A stretch of 64,000 bases of DNA from contig CAVUYS010000072.1 in the NCBI GenBank assembly GCA_963745745.1, positions 5,167 through 69,166 of the forward strand. The letters are read 5' to 3'. Positions 52,844 to 63,128 of the stretch are shown piece after piece. The notes beneath the pieces are model-generated. The model did not search any database, was not told where the DNA came from, and worked only from the letters and a program-made list of their open reading frames with translations. Position 1 is the first letter of the stretch; every line of letters starts with the position of its first letter. The position numbers and the translations under genes were made by a program. Origin of the DNA: an uncultured Spirochaetota bacterium (GTDB taxonomy: Bacteria; Spirochaetota; Spirochaetia; SZUA-6; DRHE01).

Positions 52844-55203
52844 AAGCTGATCGACACCCCGATGGTGTGCTGCAGGCCGTAGTCCGGCAAGGGCCGGAAG
52901 GAATAGTCGACTGTGTATTCGGTGAATCCCAGAGCAAGGCGGATTCCCGCCCCCGCGGAGAAGCTGCGGTCCACCGCGCCGAAGGTGTATCCCAGGCGCG
53001 CGTAGGCCAGGTCGGCGAACACGTATTCCAGGCCCGCTCCCACCGACAGCGCGTCATGGAACGGCAGGTTGAACTGGCCGGCCAGCTTCAGGTTGTGGTT
53101 CTGCACGTTCACCAGGGCGTAGCCCACCGCGGTGCTGAAGGAGGCCGGCAGCGGGTAGGCCTCGCTCACGAAGGTCATGGGCGAGCCGCCGTTGCGCACC
53201 CCCAGGTTCACCGAGGTGTTCAGGTAGGGCTTGTCGGTCTGCAGGTAGACCAGGCGCATCCTGCGCCGCTCCTCCTTGATGTCCGCCAAGGCCCGCTCCA
53301 GGCCCTTGTCCTGCGTTGCGGAGAACTCCGCGGCCTGCTCGTCCAGGTCCGCCAGGGCCTGCTTGTAGGCCGCCTCCTTCTGCTTCTGCTCCTCCTTGAG
53401 GGAGGGGTCGTCGGGGGATTCCCGCAGCCCTCCGGGCCAGCAGCCGCTGGTCGAAGGCCTGGTCGTCCTCCAGGGTCTCGCGGGTCTTCTGCTGCTCGGC
53501 CTCGAAATCCAGTCAGGCGCAGCTCCGCCTCCTCCCTGGCCGAGGCGATGCGCGCCTGGAAGATCTTCTCCTCGTTGCCGTACATGGCGGCCAGCAGGCG
53601 CAGGTACAGCCGCTTCTCGGCCTGCTTATAATCGGCCTGCGCCTTGTCCAGTCCCTTCTGCTTGCGGGCGCTCAGGAGGTCCAGCTCCCGCCTCAGCTTG
53701 GCCTTCTTCAGCTCGCGGGCCAGCTCCGCGCGCAGCTCCTCGAAGCGCTTGATCTCCTTTTCCACCCTGGCCCCGGCTTCCTGGATTTCCTGCTCGCTGG
53801 CCTGGTCCATGGCGGCCATGTCCGCCTCGCTCTGCTGGATCTCCGCGTTCTTGACGGTCACGCGGTCCCCGAGGCGCTTCAGGTAGGGATCGGTCAGCAG
53901 CCCTTGCAGCTCCTTGTCGCTTGCAGCGATCTGCTTGTCCAGCTCCGTGATCCGCGGCTTGTTGGCCTTGGGATCGGCCCGCTCCAGGGAGGCCTTCTCT
54001 TCCTTCAGGGCCTGGATCTCGCCGGAAAGCTCGGCGCGGCGCGGCCCGACCTCGGCCTGGATCTTCTCCTCGTAGCCGGCGATGGCCTGGCGGGCGCCTT
54101 CGATGCGCTCGCCCCGCCGCTGGTCATAGGCTTCATTGCGCGCCTGCACCGCCGTGGTCTTCTCCTCCAGCAGCTCCCGGGTCCTGGCGATGCTGGAGTC
54201 CACGTTGTCATTCAGCATTTCCTCCGCGAGCTCCTGGGCCGGGTCGTCGATCACCGCGAACAGCCGCTGCCGCTCCTGTTGGATCCAGTCCAGGTTCTGC
54301 ACCTTGGCGTCGAAGCGGGCCTGGGCCGCGGCGACATCCGCCTCGTACCACTGCTGGATTTCCGCCACGGCGGCCTGCTCCTCTTCCTGGGCCGCGGCCA
54401 GCTCCTGCCGTTTCTGCGCGAGGGCTGCCTCGTTTTCATCCTTTTTCGCCTGCAGGGCGGGCAGCTTGGCCTCGTCGGCTTTCTGGAGCTGGGCGCTCAA
54501 GTCCCCGGAGGTCTTTTCCAGCCCCGCGACCTCCTTCTGCACCAGTGCCGACTTCCGGGTGGCCTCGGCGGTCTTCTTGGCCTTCTCCGCTTCAATGCCC
54601 TTCTGGTCCTTCTCCAGCTCGGCCTCCAGCTGCTTGAGCGTCGGCGGCTTGGGACGCTGGCCGATGTGCGGGGTCTCGAACCAGGCGGCCGCCCCGGCGT
54701 CGCCGGCAAAGGCGAAGGCATTGTAGTCGCCCAGGGTGCTGTAGATGCCCTTGGCGCTCAGGCCCACGGAGACGCTCTTCCATATGTAGCGGGAATAGCT
54801 CAGGATCGCGGCCGCGTCGTAGATGCTGACCGTAGCTTCCGCCTGCCCGCTCCCGTTGACGAAAGTAAACCCGCCGGTGTTCAGCAGCTGAACGCCAGCA
54901 GCCGCAGTTCCCCCGAGCAGCGGAAAGCCCAGCGCCAGCGCGCTGTGGGTCACCTCGTTGGGCAGCGGGCTCATGTTGAGGAGCAGTCGGAACTTCGGGC
55001 ACGGCCGCGAGCACCGCCGGATTGTAGTACAGGCCCTCCAGCTGCGTGCCCAGGGCGTCCAGGACCCCGCCCATGGAGTCGGAGCGGGCGGCCGGCGGGG
55101 CGATCAGGAAGTCCGCGGCGGTGGTCCCTTGTGCCATCAGCAAGCCGGGAACCCAGGCCAGGATCAAAGCCAGCCAGTTGGCCTTCAGCAGGTTGCGCTT
55201 CAT
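52840..55203 (-). CDS. PorV/PorQ-family-like outer-membrane barrel interrupted by a ~470-aa coiled-coil insertion (three frameshifts, net in frame)
   Basis: Signal peptide MKRNLLKANWLALILAWVPGLLMAQ. Then TAADFLIAPPAARSDSMGGVLDAL...LYYNPAVLA, the PorV-type N-terminal motif. The C-terminus is TEYTVDYSFRPLPDYGLQHTIGVSISF. The middle region (about 53256-54660) is E/K/Q/A-rich heptad-like sequence. Frame changes occur near 54985, 53513 and 53435. Confidence 0.6.
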
Positions 55204-55219
55204 TGCTTGCTCCTATTCT

Positions 55220-57738
55220 TCAGCGGACGATCAAGACTTTTAGGGTCTGCTTGACCCCGGCCGCAATGATCTGCACGAAGTACAGCCCGGGACCGAGAGC
55301 CTGCCCCTTATCGTTGGTGCCGTCCCAGGGGATCGGCACGGTAACCGAGCTGAAGGCCCTGTTCTTGAAAAAGTGCGCACCAGCCTTCCGGAAGTGGTGA
55401 AGACCTGCACGCTGACCTTGTCCGTGGGGTTCACCTGCGGTACGAAGATCAGGCACTGGCTCGCGCCCCCATCGGCGCCCAGGCGGTTGTTGGTTATGGT
55501 GGCCTGGGTGAAGCCGAAGGTGGTGAAGGTCCAGGTCTTGCTCGCGCTCAGCGCCGTGCCCTCCGTATCGGTGATTCCCGTGCTCACCGTCACCCTATAT
55601 TGCTTGAGGTAATCCAGCGGCTCAGCCGGCGTGAAGGTGGCGGTGTTGCTGGAGCCGGCGCTGGGCGAGAGGGTCCCGGCAACCGGCGACGCCGTGGCCT
55701 CCTCCACGATTGTGATGTTGCCTGTCAGGCTCGAAGCCAGGACCTGCTTGGAGAACACCACCTGGATGGTGCTGGTGATCGGGATGGCGGCGGCGTTTTC
55801 GGCCGGCGTGACGCTCAGCACCTGGGGCGGCGTGGAGGGCATGGTCCAGAAGTCCCAGGTCTTGTTCGTGGGCGTGCCGCCGAGGATCTGGTCGGCGAGA
55901 TTCAGGCCATCACCGTCCGTGACCTGAGCGGATAGGATCCTGCAAAAGTAGTGAGTGTTGAAGAGCAGCTTGGTGCCAGGAGGATTCAGGCTCAGGGTGG
56001 CGACATAGCTCAGGTTGTCGTAGGCCGCGCTCACCGTGGCCACCTCGGTCCCGCCGGTATCCGGGTTGCCGTTGTAGAGCTTGAAGGCATTCCCCCAGTT
56101 GGCGGCGGACACATTCTCGGAGAAGGTGGCGGTGATCGTGGGTTCCAGCACGATATTGGTGTCCCCCTGGGCCGGCGAGGTGCTCAGCACGACCGGGTAC
56201 TGGGCCGGCTCCACCGTGAAGGTCCAAGTGTAGTCGGTACCCATGGCGTTGCCGTAGAAGTCCTGGACCGTGCCCTCGATCGTGGCTGTGTAGGTGATGC
56301 CCCAGTCCAGGGTCGGCAGGGTGATGACCAGGGTTTGCGTCGCTGCCGTATAGGTGAAGCTGCTCGGGGTGATCCCCCCGCTGATCGTGAAGTTAGCCGG
56401 ATTCTCCACCGAGGATTCCGTCATGTATTCGTTGAACAGCACCGTGATGTCCGCGCCCCGCAGTACTCCGGTGGCCAGGTTATCGGGCACCGTAGCGGCC
56501 ACCGATGGGGGGTTCCCGTCGTCCGCCGGGTTGATCAGGAAGGTGTTGCCCGCGATCGCCTCCGGGTCGGCGGTGGGGGAAACCACGTAGCCCTTCTGCA
56601 CATACTCCCAGGTGCCGGCAGCGGTGTAGACCAGGTAGGCGTACTCCGGGTCCGCGGCGTTGCCGATGGCATCATCGTCGATCTCATCAGCGAAGACGAT
56701 GTCCACGGACGGATCGTTGATGTTCAGGCCGAAGCTCTGCCCCACCTGGGCAGCGGCGCCGTTCATGTTGACCGCCACGAAGTAGGTCTTGCCCGCGGAG
56801 GTGATGGGGATATTGGCCGGATCCAGCAGGGCGTAGCCCCCGCTCAGGGTGGCCGACGCCACGTAGGCGCCATCACCCAGGCCGTCCGGCTCGAAAAGGC
56901 CATCTCCGTCATCAGCGTACAGGAGCACCCCCGCGGTTCCCACCCAGTTGTCCTGGCCGAAAGTCAGATGCACCCGGACCGTGTCCAGCTGCACGGGCGC
57001 GGTGGTGGCATTGACCGTGGAATCCAGGGCGTCGAAGTCCAGCCGGAGCAGCCCGACCTTGGAGGCGTTGGCAGCGGCCGTGGCCGGGCCGATCCAGGAG
57101 GCGTCCATGGTGGCCTCCAGGGTATCCGCGTTCCTCCTCTGGTTGTGAAGGATGAATTGCAGATCCGCACCTCCGACGGCCAGGGTGGTCCCCGTGCCAA
57201 CCCCGGCTGCGCCATAGGTGACGCTGGTCACCTCGCAGCCCACGGTCGTCGTGGTGTCAGCGGCATTCGTGAAGTCGAACACCACGTACAGGTACTTGTC
57301 GCCGCCGGCGAAGGGAAAGGTAACGCCGCCCGGGTTGGCAGGATTCAGCGGAATGGTGGCCGTGGTGCCGGTGAAGGTGTGCACCCCCCCGGTGTCCACT
57401 ACCACGTCGTCGATGCCCGCCCCATTGTCGTACTCGGCGTTGCCGCCGTTCTCGAAGTACACCCGGATGTCGCTGATGGCGGTGGAAGCGAAGGCGCCGT
57501 CGCTGGTCATGCTCACGGTGATCTGCGAAATGCTGGTGGTCTCCCCGGAGTTCTGCGGTTTCACCCCGAGGCGGACCATCCCGATGCCAGTGGCCCCCGC
57601 CGTAGGGTGGATGGGGATCGACAGAGGAGCGATCGAGATGTGGCTGCGCACGTCCAGGGTCTGGGCGGCGACCCAGCCGGCGGCGCACGACATGAGCAGC
57701 ACGACAAGCACGGCCCGTTTTCTTGACATACCTTGCAC
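55220..57738 (-). CDS. Surface protein with three SbsA/Big_5-like Ig domains and a T9SS/FlgD-Ig-type C-terminal sorting domain (one frameshift at a T-run near 55375)
   Basis: Signal peptide SRKRAVLVVLLMSCAAGWVAAQ. There are three ~95-aa modules, each ending WTFTV, WDFWT or WTFTT. The C-terminus VSVQVFTTSGRLV + RTFFKNRAFSSVTVPIPWDGTNDKGQALGPGLYFVQIIAAGVKQTLKVLIVR is recovered by adding one T to a T5 run. Confidence 0.75.
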
Positions 57739-57846
57739 TCCTTCCGGAGAACCAAAGAGAGACAGCGATGGCCTTGGCGCCTAATAGTAGCGCTTCTTAT
57801 TATCTCCTTCGGTTCTTTTTGAAAAAAACGTGAATGGAATGGCGAT

Positions 57847-59881
57847 TTAGCGGGCGGTGCGGATGTTGACCACCGACGGCACGGTGCGCAGGCTCTTCAT
57901 CACCTTGCCGAAGTCCCCGGCGTTGTCCAGCTCCACGGTGAAGAAGCCCTCCAGGACGTCCAGCCCGCCGTCCTCGAGCTTTCCCTCGATGAGGTGGCCC
58001 TTGAACTTCCGCAGCGCGCCCTCGATCTCGGAGAACAGGTTGCGCGCTCGCGCGGGCGGTGACCTGGAAGCGCCGGGTGGCTTTCGGGGACACGGTCTCC
58101 CACTCCACCTCGACGTGCCGCTCCTGCGAAGTCCTGGATGAGGCGCATGCTCGGGCAGTCGGCCCGGTGCACGATGATCCCCCGCCCGCGCGACACGTAG
58201 CCGACGATCGCGTCGCCGGGGCCGGCGGGCAGCAGCCGGCGATGCGGATCATGAGGTTGCGCTCCTCGCCGATGCGCACGCCGACCTTGCTCTGGTCGCA
58301 GGATGCGGGTTTCCGGCTCGGCGGGCTTCTCCGCGGCCGCTTGGGCGGGGCGGGCGCGGGCGGCGTCGGCGCTTCTTCGGGCCACGATGTTGCGGTCGAA
58401 GATCAGGTCCGGCTCGTTCAGGGCCAGCCAGTGCCGGATCTTCGAGCGGGCCCGGTGCGTCTTGGCCGAAGCGCAGCCAGTTCAGGTGCGGGCGCGCGTT
58501 GCTGGGCGGTCACGATCTCGATGACCTGGGTGTTCGCCAGCTGCTCCTTCAGCGGGATGATGCGCCCCGTCGGCCTTGGCCGCCAGCGCAGTGGTTGCCC
58601 GATCTCGGTGTGGATGTGGTAGGCGAAGTCCAGGGCGGTGGACCCCTAGGGCAGCTCGATCACGTCCCCCTTGGGGGTGAACACGTAGATCGAGTCCTTC
58701 GAGCAGCTCGCGCTTGATCTCGTCGAGGAACTCGCGGCGAGGCCGACGCCGCTGGGTCCCAGCTCCTTCAGCTTGTTGATGAGGGTGAGCTCGCTCGGCC
58801 TTGACGGCCCGCCCGGCGGCAGTCCGGCTCTTGTACAGCCAGTGGGCGGCGATGCCGTTCTCGGCGGTGCGGTGCATCGCCTGGGTGCGGATCTGGATCT
58901 CGATGCATCTTGCCGCTCGTAGCCCATGACCGTGGTGTGCAGGCTCTGGTAGCGGTTGGACTTCGGCATGGCGATGTAGTCCTTGAACCGGCCCTCGATG
59001 GGCATCCAGAGCTTGTGCACCAGTGCCCGAGCAGCTCGTAGCACTGGCCCGTGGTGTCGCACAGCAGGCGCATGCCCAGCAGGTCGTAGATCTCCTCCAG
59101 CGGCTTGCCCCGTCTGCCTCATCTTCTGGTAGATCGAGTAGAAGTGCTTGGCGCGGCGTCTCGACCTGCGATCGGGATGCCCGCCGCCGCGGCCTCCCGG
59201 TGATCGCCTCGCTCACCCGGCCTGCAGGTAGCCGCTCCCGGTCGCTCTTGCGCTCGGCCACGCAGCTGCCGGATCTGCTCGTAGACCCGGGGGTTGAGGT
59301 GCTTCAGCGACAGGTCCTCCAGCTCGTCCTTGATGCGCGAGATGCCCAGGCGCCCGGCCAGCGGCGCGTAGATGTCGAGGCATCTCGGTGGCGATGCGCT
59401 TGCGGCTGGTCCTCCTCGCAGGTACTCCGAGGGTGCGCATGTTGTGCAGCTTGTCGGCCAGCTTGATCAGGATCACCCGGATGTCCTTGACCATGGCGAA
59501 GAGCATCTTGCGGATGGTCTCGGCCTGCTGGGCGGTCTTGCTCATGCCCGCGGATCGGGAGATCTTGGTCACCCCCTGCACCAGGGCCTCCACCTCCTTG
59601 CCGAACTCCTTGCGCAGCTCGCGGCGGGTCAGGCTCGGTGTCCTCCAGCACGTCGTGCAGGAGCGCGGCGATCACCGTCTGGGCGTCCATGTGGGCGTCC
59701 ACCAGGATCGCGGCCACGGACAGCGGGTGCATGAAGAAGGGCTCGCCGGAGGCCCGCTTCTGCTCGTGGTGCAGGCCATCGGCCCAGCGCAGCGGCGGAA
59801 AGGATGCGCGCCCGGTCCTCCTCGGAGTAGCGCTCCGAGCTTCCCGGTGAAGCCCTGTTTCAGGGGGCCCAGATCGCTCAT
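57847..59881 (-). CDS. rel: Bifunctional (p)ppGpp synthetase/hydrolase RelA/SpoT homolog (at least six frameshifts as assembled)
   Basis: HD domain: [44 protein letters not shown]. Synthetase pieces: [17 protein letters not shown]. The TGS domain ([14 protein letters not shown]) and a C-terminal ACT-like end are scattered over ORFs 59304-59939, 59213-59593, 58482-59261, 58646-59122, 57900-58385 and 57800-58279. Confidence 0.85.
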
Positions 59882-60741
59882 CGGGAGCCTCCCGCGGATC
59901 ACCCGCGGCCTGTCCGCCCAGGTCCGGCACCACCTCCACCTCCTGGAAGCCCCAGGCGAGCAGGCGCTGGCGGACGAAGGCCGCCTGGGCGGGGTCGGCC
60001 TCCAGCAGCAGGAAACCGCGCGGGGCTCAGCCGGGCGGGGGCCTGGCGGATGAGCGGCGGCCAGCAGGGCCGTGCCGTCCCGGCCGCCGGCCAGGGCCTC
60101 CCGGGGCTCGGGCCAGCCGACCTTCCGCATGTCCTCCACCTCCCCGTCCCGCAGGTAGGGCGGATTGGCCGTGATCAGGTCATAGGGACCGGGCACCTGC
60201 TTCAAGCAGGTCGGAGCGGTAAGAAGGGCAGCTCGCGGCCCAGGAGGCGCCGGCAGTTGAGGCGGAACACCTCCTCGGCGCCGGGGGAGAGGTCGGAGGC
60301 GGAGACCTCCAGGCCGGCGCGGGAGTGCTGCAGGGCGATGGCCACGCAGCCGCTGCCCGTGCAGGCGTCGTGCACCCGCAGGGCCTGGCCCGCCGCCGCG
60401 CGAGCGTCCAGCAGGCGCAGGGCCTCCTCGACCAGCGCCTCGGTGTCCGGGCGGGGCACCAGCACCCGCTCGTCCACGTAGAACTCCAGGCCGAAGAACT
60501 CCTTTCGCCGCCGGATGTAGGAGACGGGGATGCCCCGGCAGCGCCGGTCCAGGAACTCCTGGAAGCGCTGCCAGCCCTCCTCCTGGACCGGGGCTCGTCG
60601 GGCAGCGGGCGAGCAGCTGCTCCTTGCGCAGGCCCAGCGCCTCGCGCCAGCAGCACCGTGGCGTCCAGCAGGGGCGTGTCGACCTCGGCGTAGAACAGGG
60701 TGGACTGGCCGCGCTGCGAGGGCGGCTTGCACGGTGATCAT
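59882..60741 (-). CDS. prmC: Release-factor glutamine N5-methyltransferase PrmC/HemK (frameshifted; 3' end unresolved)
   Basis: The ATG at 60741 overlaps the prfA stop. Motifs seen: GIPVSYIRRRKEFFGLEFYVDERVLVPRPDTE, DACTGSGCVAIAL and ITANPPYL. As assembled there is no in-frame stop before the rel start. Confidence 0.8.
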
Positions 60742-61817
60742 GTGCTCTCGCGCTTTTCGAGGTACTCCTCCCGGGCGTTGAGCTTCAGCGCCTCGATGAA
60801 CTCCTCGAGGCTGCCCTTCATGACCTGGTCGAGCTTGTAGAGGGTCAGGTTGATGCGGTGGTCGGTGAGCCGGTTCTGCGGGAAGTTGTAGGTGCGGATG
60901 CGCTCCGAGCGGTCGCCGCGAGCCGACCTGGCTGCGCCGGACCTGCGGCCCGCTCGGCCTGCTTGCTCTCCTCCTCCGCCTCGAACAGGCGGGCGCGCAG
61001 GACGCGCAGGGCCTTGGCCTTGTTCTTGTGCTGGCTCTTCTCGTCCTGGCAGATGCACCACCATGCCCGAGGGCAGGTGGGTGATGCGCACCGCCGAGTC
61101 GGTGGTGTTCACGCTCTGGCCGCCCGGGCCGCCGGAGCGGAACACGTCGATGCGCAGGTCCTCCTGCTTGATGTCGATCTCGGTCTCCTCCACCTCCGGC
61201 AGCACCGCCACGGTCACCGCGGAGGTGTGGATCCGCCCCCCCGCCTCGGTCACGGGCACGCGCTGCACCCGGTGCACGCCGCTCTCGTAGCGCAGGTTCT
61301 CGTACACGCTCTTGCCGGTGATCGAGAAGACGATCTCCTTGAAGCCGCCGATCTCGGTCTGGTGCGAGGACAGGATTTCCACCGTCCAGCCGCGCCCTTC
61401 GGCGAAGCGGCTGTACATGCGGAACAGGTCGGCCGCGAACAGGGCCGCCTCCTCGCCGCCGGTGCCGGCCCGGATCTCCACGATGATGTTCTTCAAGTCC
61501 AGCGGGTCCTTGGGGATCAGCAGGTTGCGCAGCCGGGCGGCCAGCGCCTCCTCCTGCTCCGCGAGGCCCTTCAGCTCCTCGCGGGCCAGGCCGGCCATCT
61601 CGTTGTCCCCGCCCTCCTGGGCCAGCTCGCGGGCCTGGGCCATCTCCTCCAGCAGGCGCCGGTAGCGCCCGTACTCCTCCACCAGCTCGCTCAGGCCCCC
61701 CAGCTCCCGCATCAGCTCGGCGTACCTCTTCTGGTCCCGTATCACCGCCGGGTCGGCGGTCAGGACGGTGAGTTCCTCGTAACGTTTGGCGCGCGCTTCC
61801 AGCTTGTCCAGCATCAA
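60738..61817 (-). CDS. prfA: Peptide chain release factor 1 (three single-base insertions, net in frame)
   Basis: The motifs [25 protein letters not shown] and [12 protein letters not shown] are intact. The segment [17 protein letters not shown]...ARSARGD reads correctly ([36 protein letters not shown]...SQVGS) only in the other frames. Confidence 0.95.
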   Translation of the reverse strand: MMLDKLEARAKRYEELTVLTADPAVIRDQKRYAELMRELGGLSELVEEYGRYRRLLEEMAQARELAQEGGDNEMAGLAREELKGLAEQEEALAARLRNLLIPKDPLDLKNIIVEIRAGTGGEEAALFAADLFRMYSRFAEGRGWTVEILSSHQTEIGGFKEIVFSITGKSVYENLRYESGVHRVQRVPVTEAGGRIHTSAVTVAVLPEVEETEIDIKQEDLRIDVFRSGGPGGQSVNTTDSAVRITHLPSGMVVHLPGREEPAQEQGQGPARPARPPVRGGGGEQAGRAGRRSGAARSARGDRSERIRTYNFPQNRLTDHRINLTLYKLDQVMKGSLEEFIEALKLNAREEYLEKREST

Positions 61818-61934
61818 TTGTCAAGGTACCAAGAAAACAGGAGGCTGTTCAATCGACCGGCCCCAGGGCCGGCCCGGGGCCCCCTGCTTGCGCCCGCCCC
61901 CGCGCATGCGCTACGATCCAGACAGGAGCCAGTG

Positions 61935-62714
61935 ATGCAGGACAAATCGATCATCCAGCCGGTACTGCGGGCGGTGGAGCACATGCAGTCCTCTCCAGAA
62001 GAGCTGGCCGCGCTGTACCGGATCGTGGACCAGTTCTCCTCCGAATGGCTGGGCCGGCCCCGGGAGGAAATGCGCTTCGAGGGGGACGCGGTCCTGTACC
62101 TGATCCACGACCTGCTGGGGGAGTACCTGCGTCTGGAGGAGAACCACAAGCGCCTGGCCTTCTGGCTGCTGACCCTGAACCGCTGCTGCCTGAACTTCAC
62201 CGCCGACCTGCGCCAGACCCGCGCCGAGCTCCAGCAGGCGCTGGCCGGCACGGACCTGAGCCTGGACACCACGCTGCTGGAGCCGGTGTTCGAGACCGTC
62301 CACGAGTACGAGGAAGGCCACCGCCTGGCCGTGCAGGAGAAGCTGGGCCGGGGCGACCGCCTGGGCGGCTTCCTGCAGTGGGTGGGCACCTACTGCGGCT
62401 ACATCTATCCCATATACATCCGGGGCAGCGACCCGGTGAACCGCACGGTGATCAGCTCCATCACCTTCCTGACCGCCGAGTACATCAAGCTGCGCTCCAA
62501 CGTCTACCGCGTGGCCGCGCTGCTGTTGGGGATCAAGGAGGCCTGCGCCATCGGCACCGCCCTGGCCCGGGTCCAGGCCGGCCTGGCCGCGGCCGAGCCC
62601 CTCGCCGGGGAACCGGGGGGGGAGGAGGAGGCCTCCGTCATGGCCGGACAGGATCGCGAGTACGTGGAGGCCCTGCTGGGGCGTCTGCGGCAGGAAGGGG
62701 GGCGCAACGGATGA
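61935..62714 (+). CDS. Hypothetical alpha-helical protein
   Basis: ATG at 61935 preceded by AGGAG. 259 aa. Its stop overlaps the DUF302 start. No family is recognised. Confidence 0.55.
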   Translation: MQDKSIIQPVLRAVEHMQSSPEELAALYRIVDQFSSEWLGRPREEMRFEGDAVLYLIHDLLGEYLRLEENHKRLAFWLLTLNRCCLNFTADLRQTRAELQQALAGTDLSLDTTLLEPVFETVHEYEEGHRLAVQEKLGRGDRLGGFLQWVGTYCGYIYPIYIRGSDPVNRTVISSITFLTAEYIKLRSNVYRVAALLLGIKEACAIGTALARVQAGLAAAEPLAGEPGGEEEASVMAGQDREYVEALLGRLRQEGGRNG

Positions 62715-63100
62715 GCTACTACCTGGCCAAGACGGTGACGGGGAAATTCGATGAAGTTCTGGCCCGGGTCGTGGAAGCTTTCAAGAAAGAAGGCTTCGGG
62801 GTCCTGACCGAGATCGACGTACGCGAGACCCTCAAAAAAAAGCTGGGAGTGGAGTTCCGACGCTACCGGATCCTGGGCATGTGCAACCCGCCGTTCGCCT
62901 ACCAGGCCCTTCAGGCCGAGGACAAGATCGGCACCATGCTGCCCTGCAGCGTGGTGGTCCAGGAGACACCCGCGGGCCAGGTAGAAGTGGCCGCCATCGA
63001 TCCAGCGGCCTCCATGCAGGCGGTGGGCAATCCTGCCCTCGCCGGGATCGCCGCCGAGGTGCGGGAAAAGCTGGCGCGGGCCGTAGCCGGGCTGGGTTAA
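62711..63100 (+). CDS. DUF302 domain protein
   Basis: MSYYLAKTVTGKFDEVLARVVEAFKKEGFGVLTEIDVRETLKKKLG...YRILGMCNP is the DUF302 pattern. Confidence 0.85.
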   Translation: MSYYLAKTVTGKFDEVLARVVEAFKKEGFGVLTEIDVRETLKKKLGVEFRRYRILGMCNPPFAYQALQAEDKIGTMLPCSVVVQETPAGQVEVAAIDPAASMQAVGNPALAGIAAEVREKLARAVAGLG

Positions 63101-63128
63101 GCCCTCTCCGGCCGGCGCGCGGCCCGGC

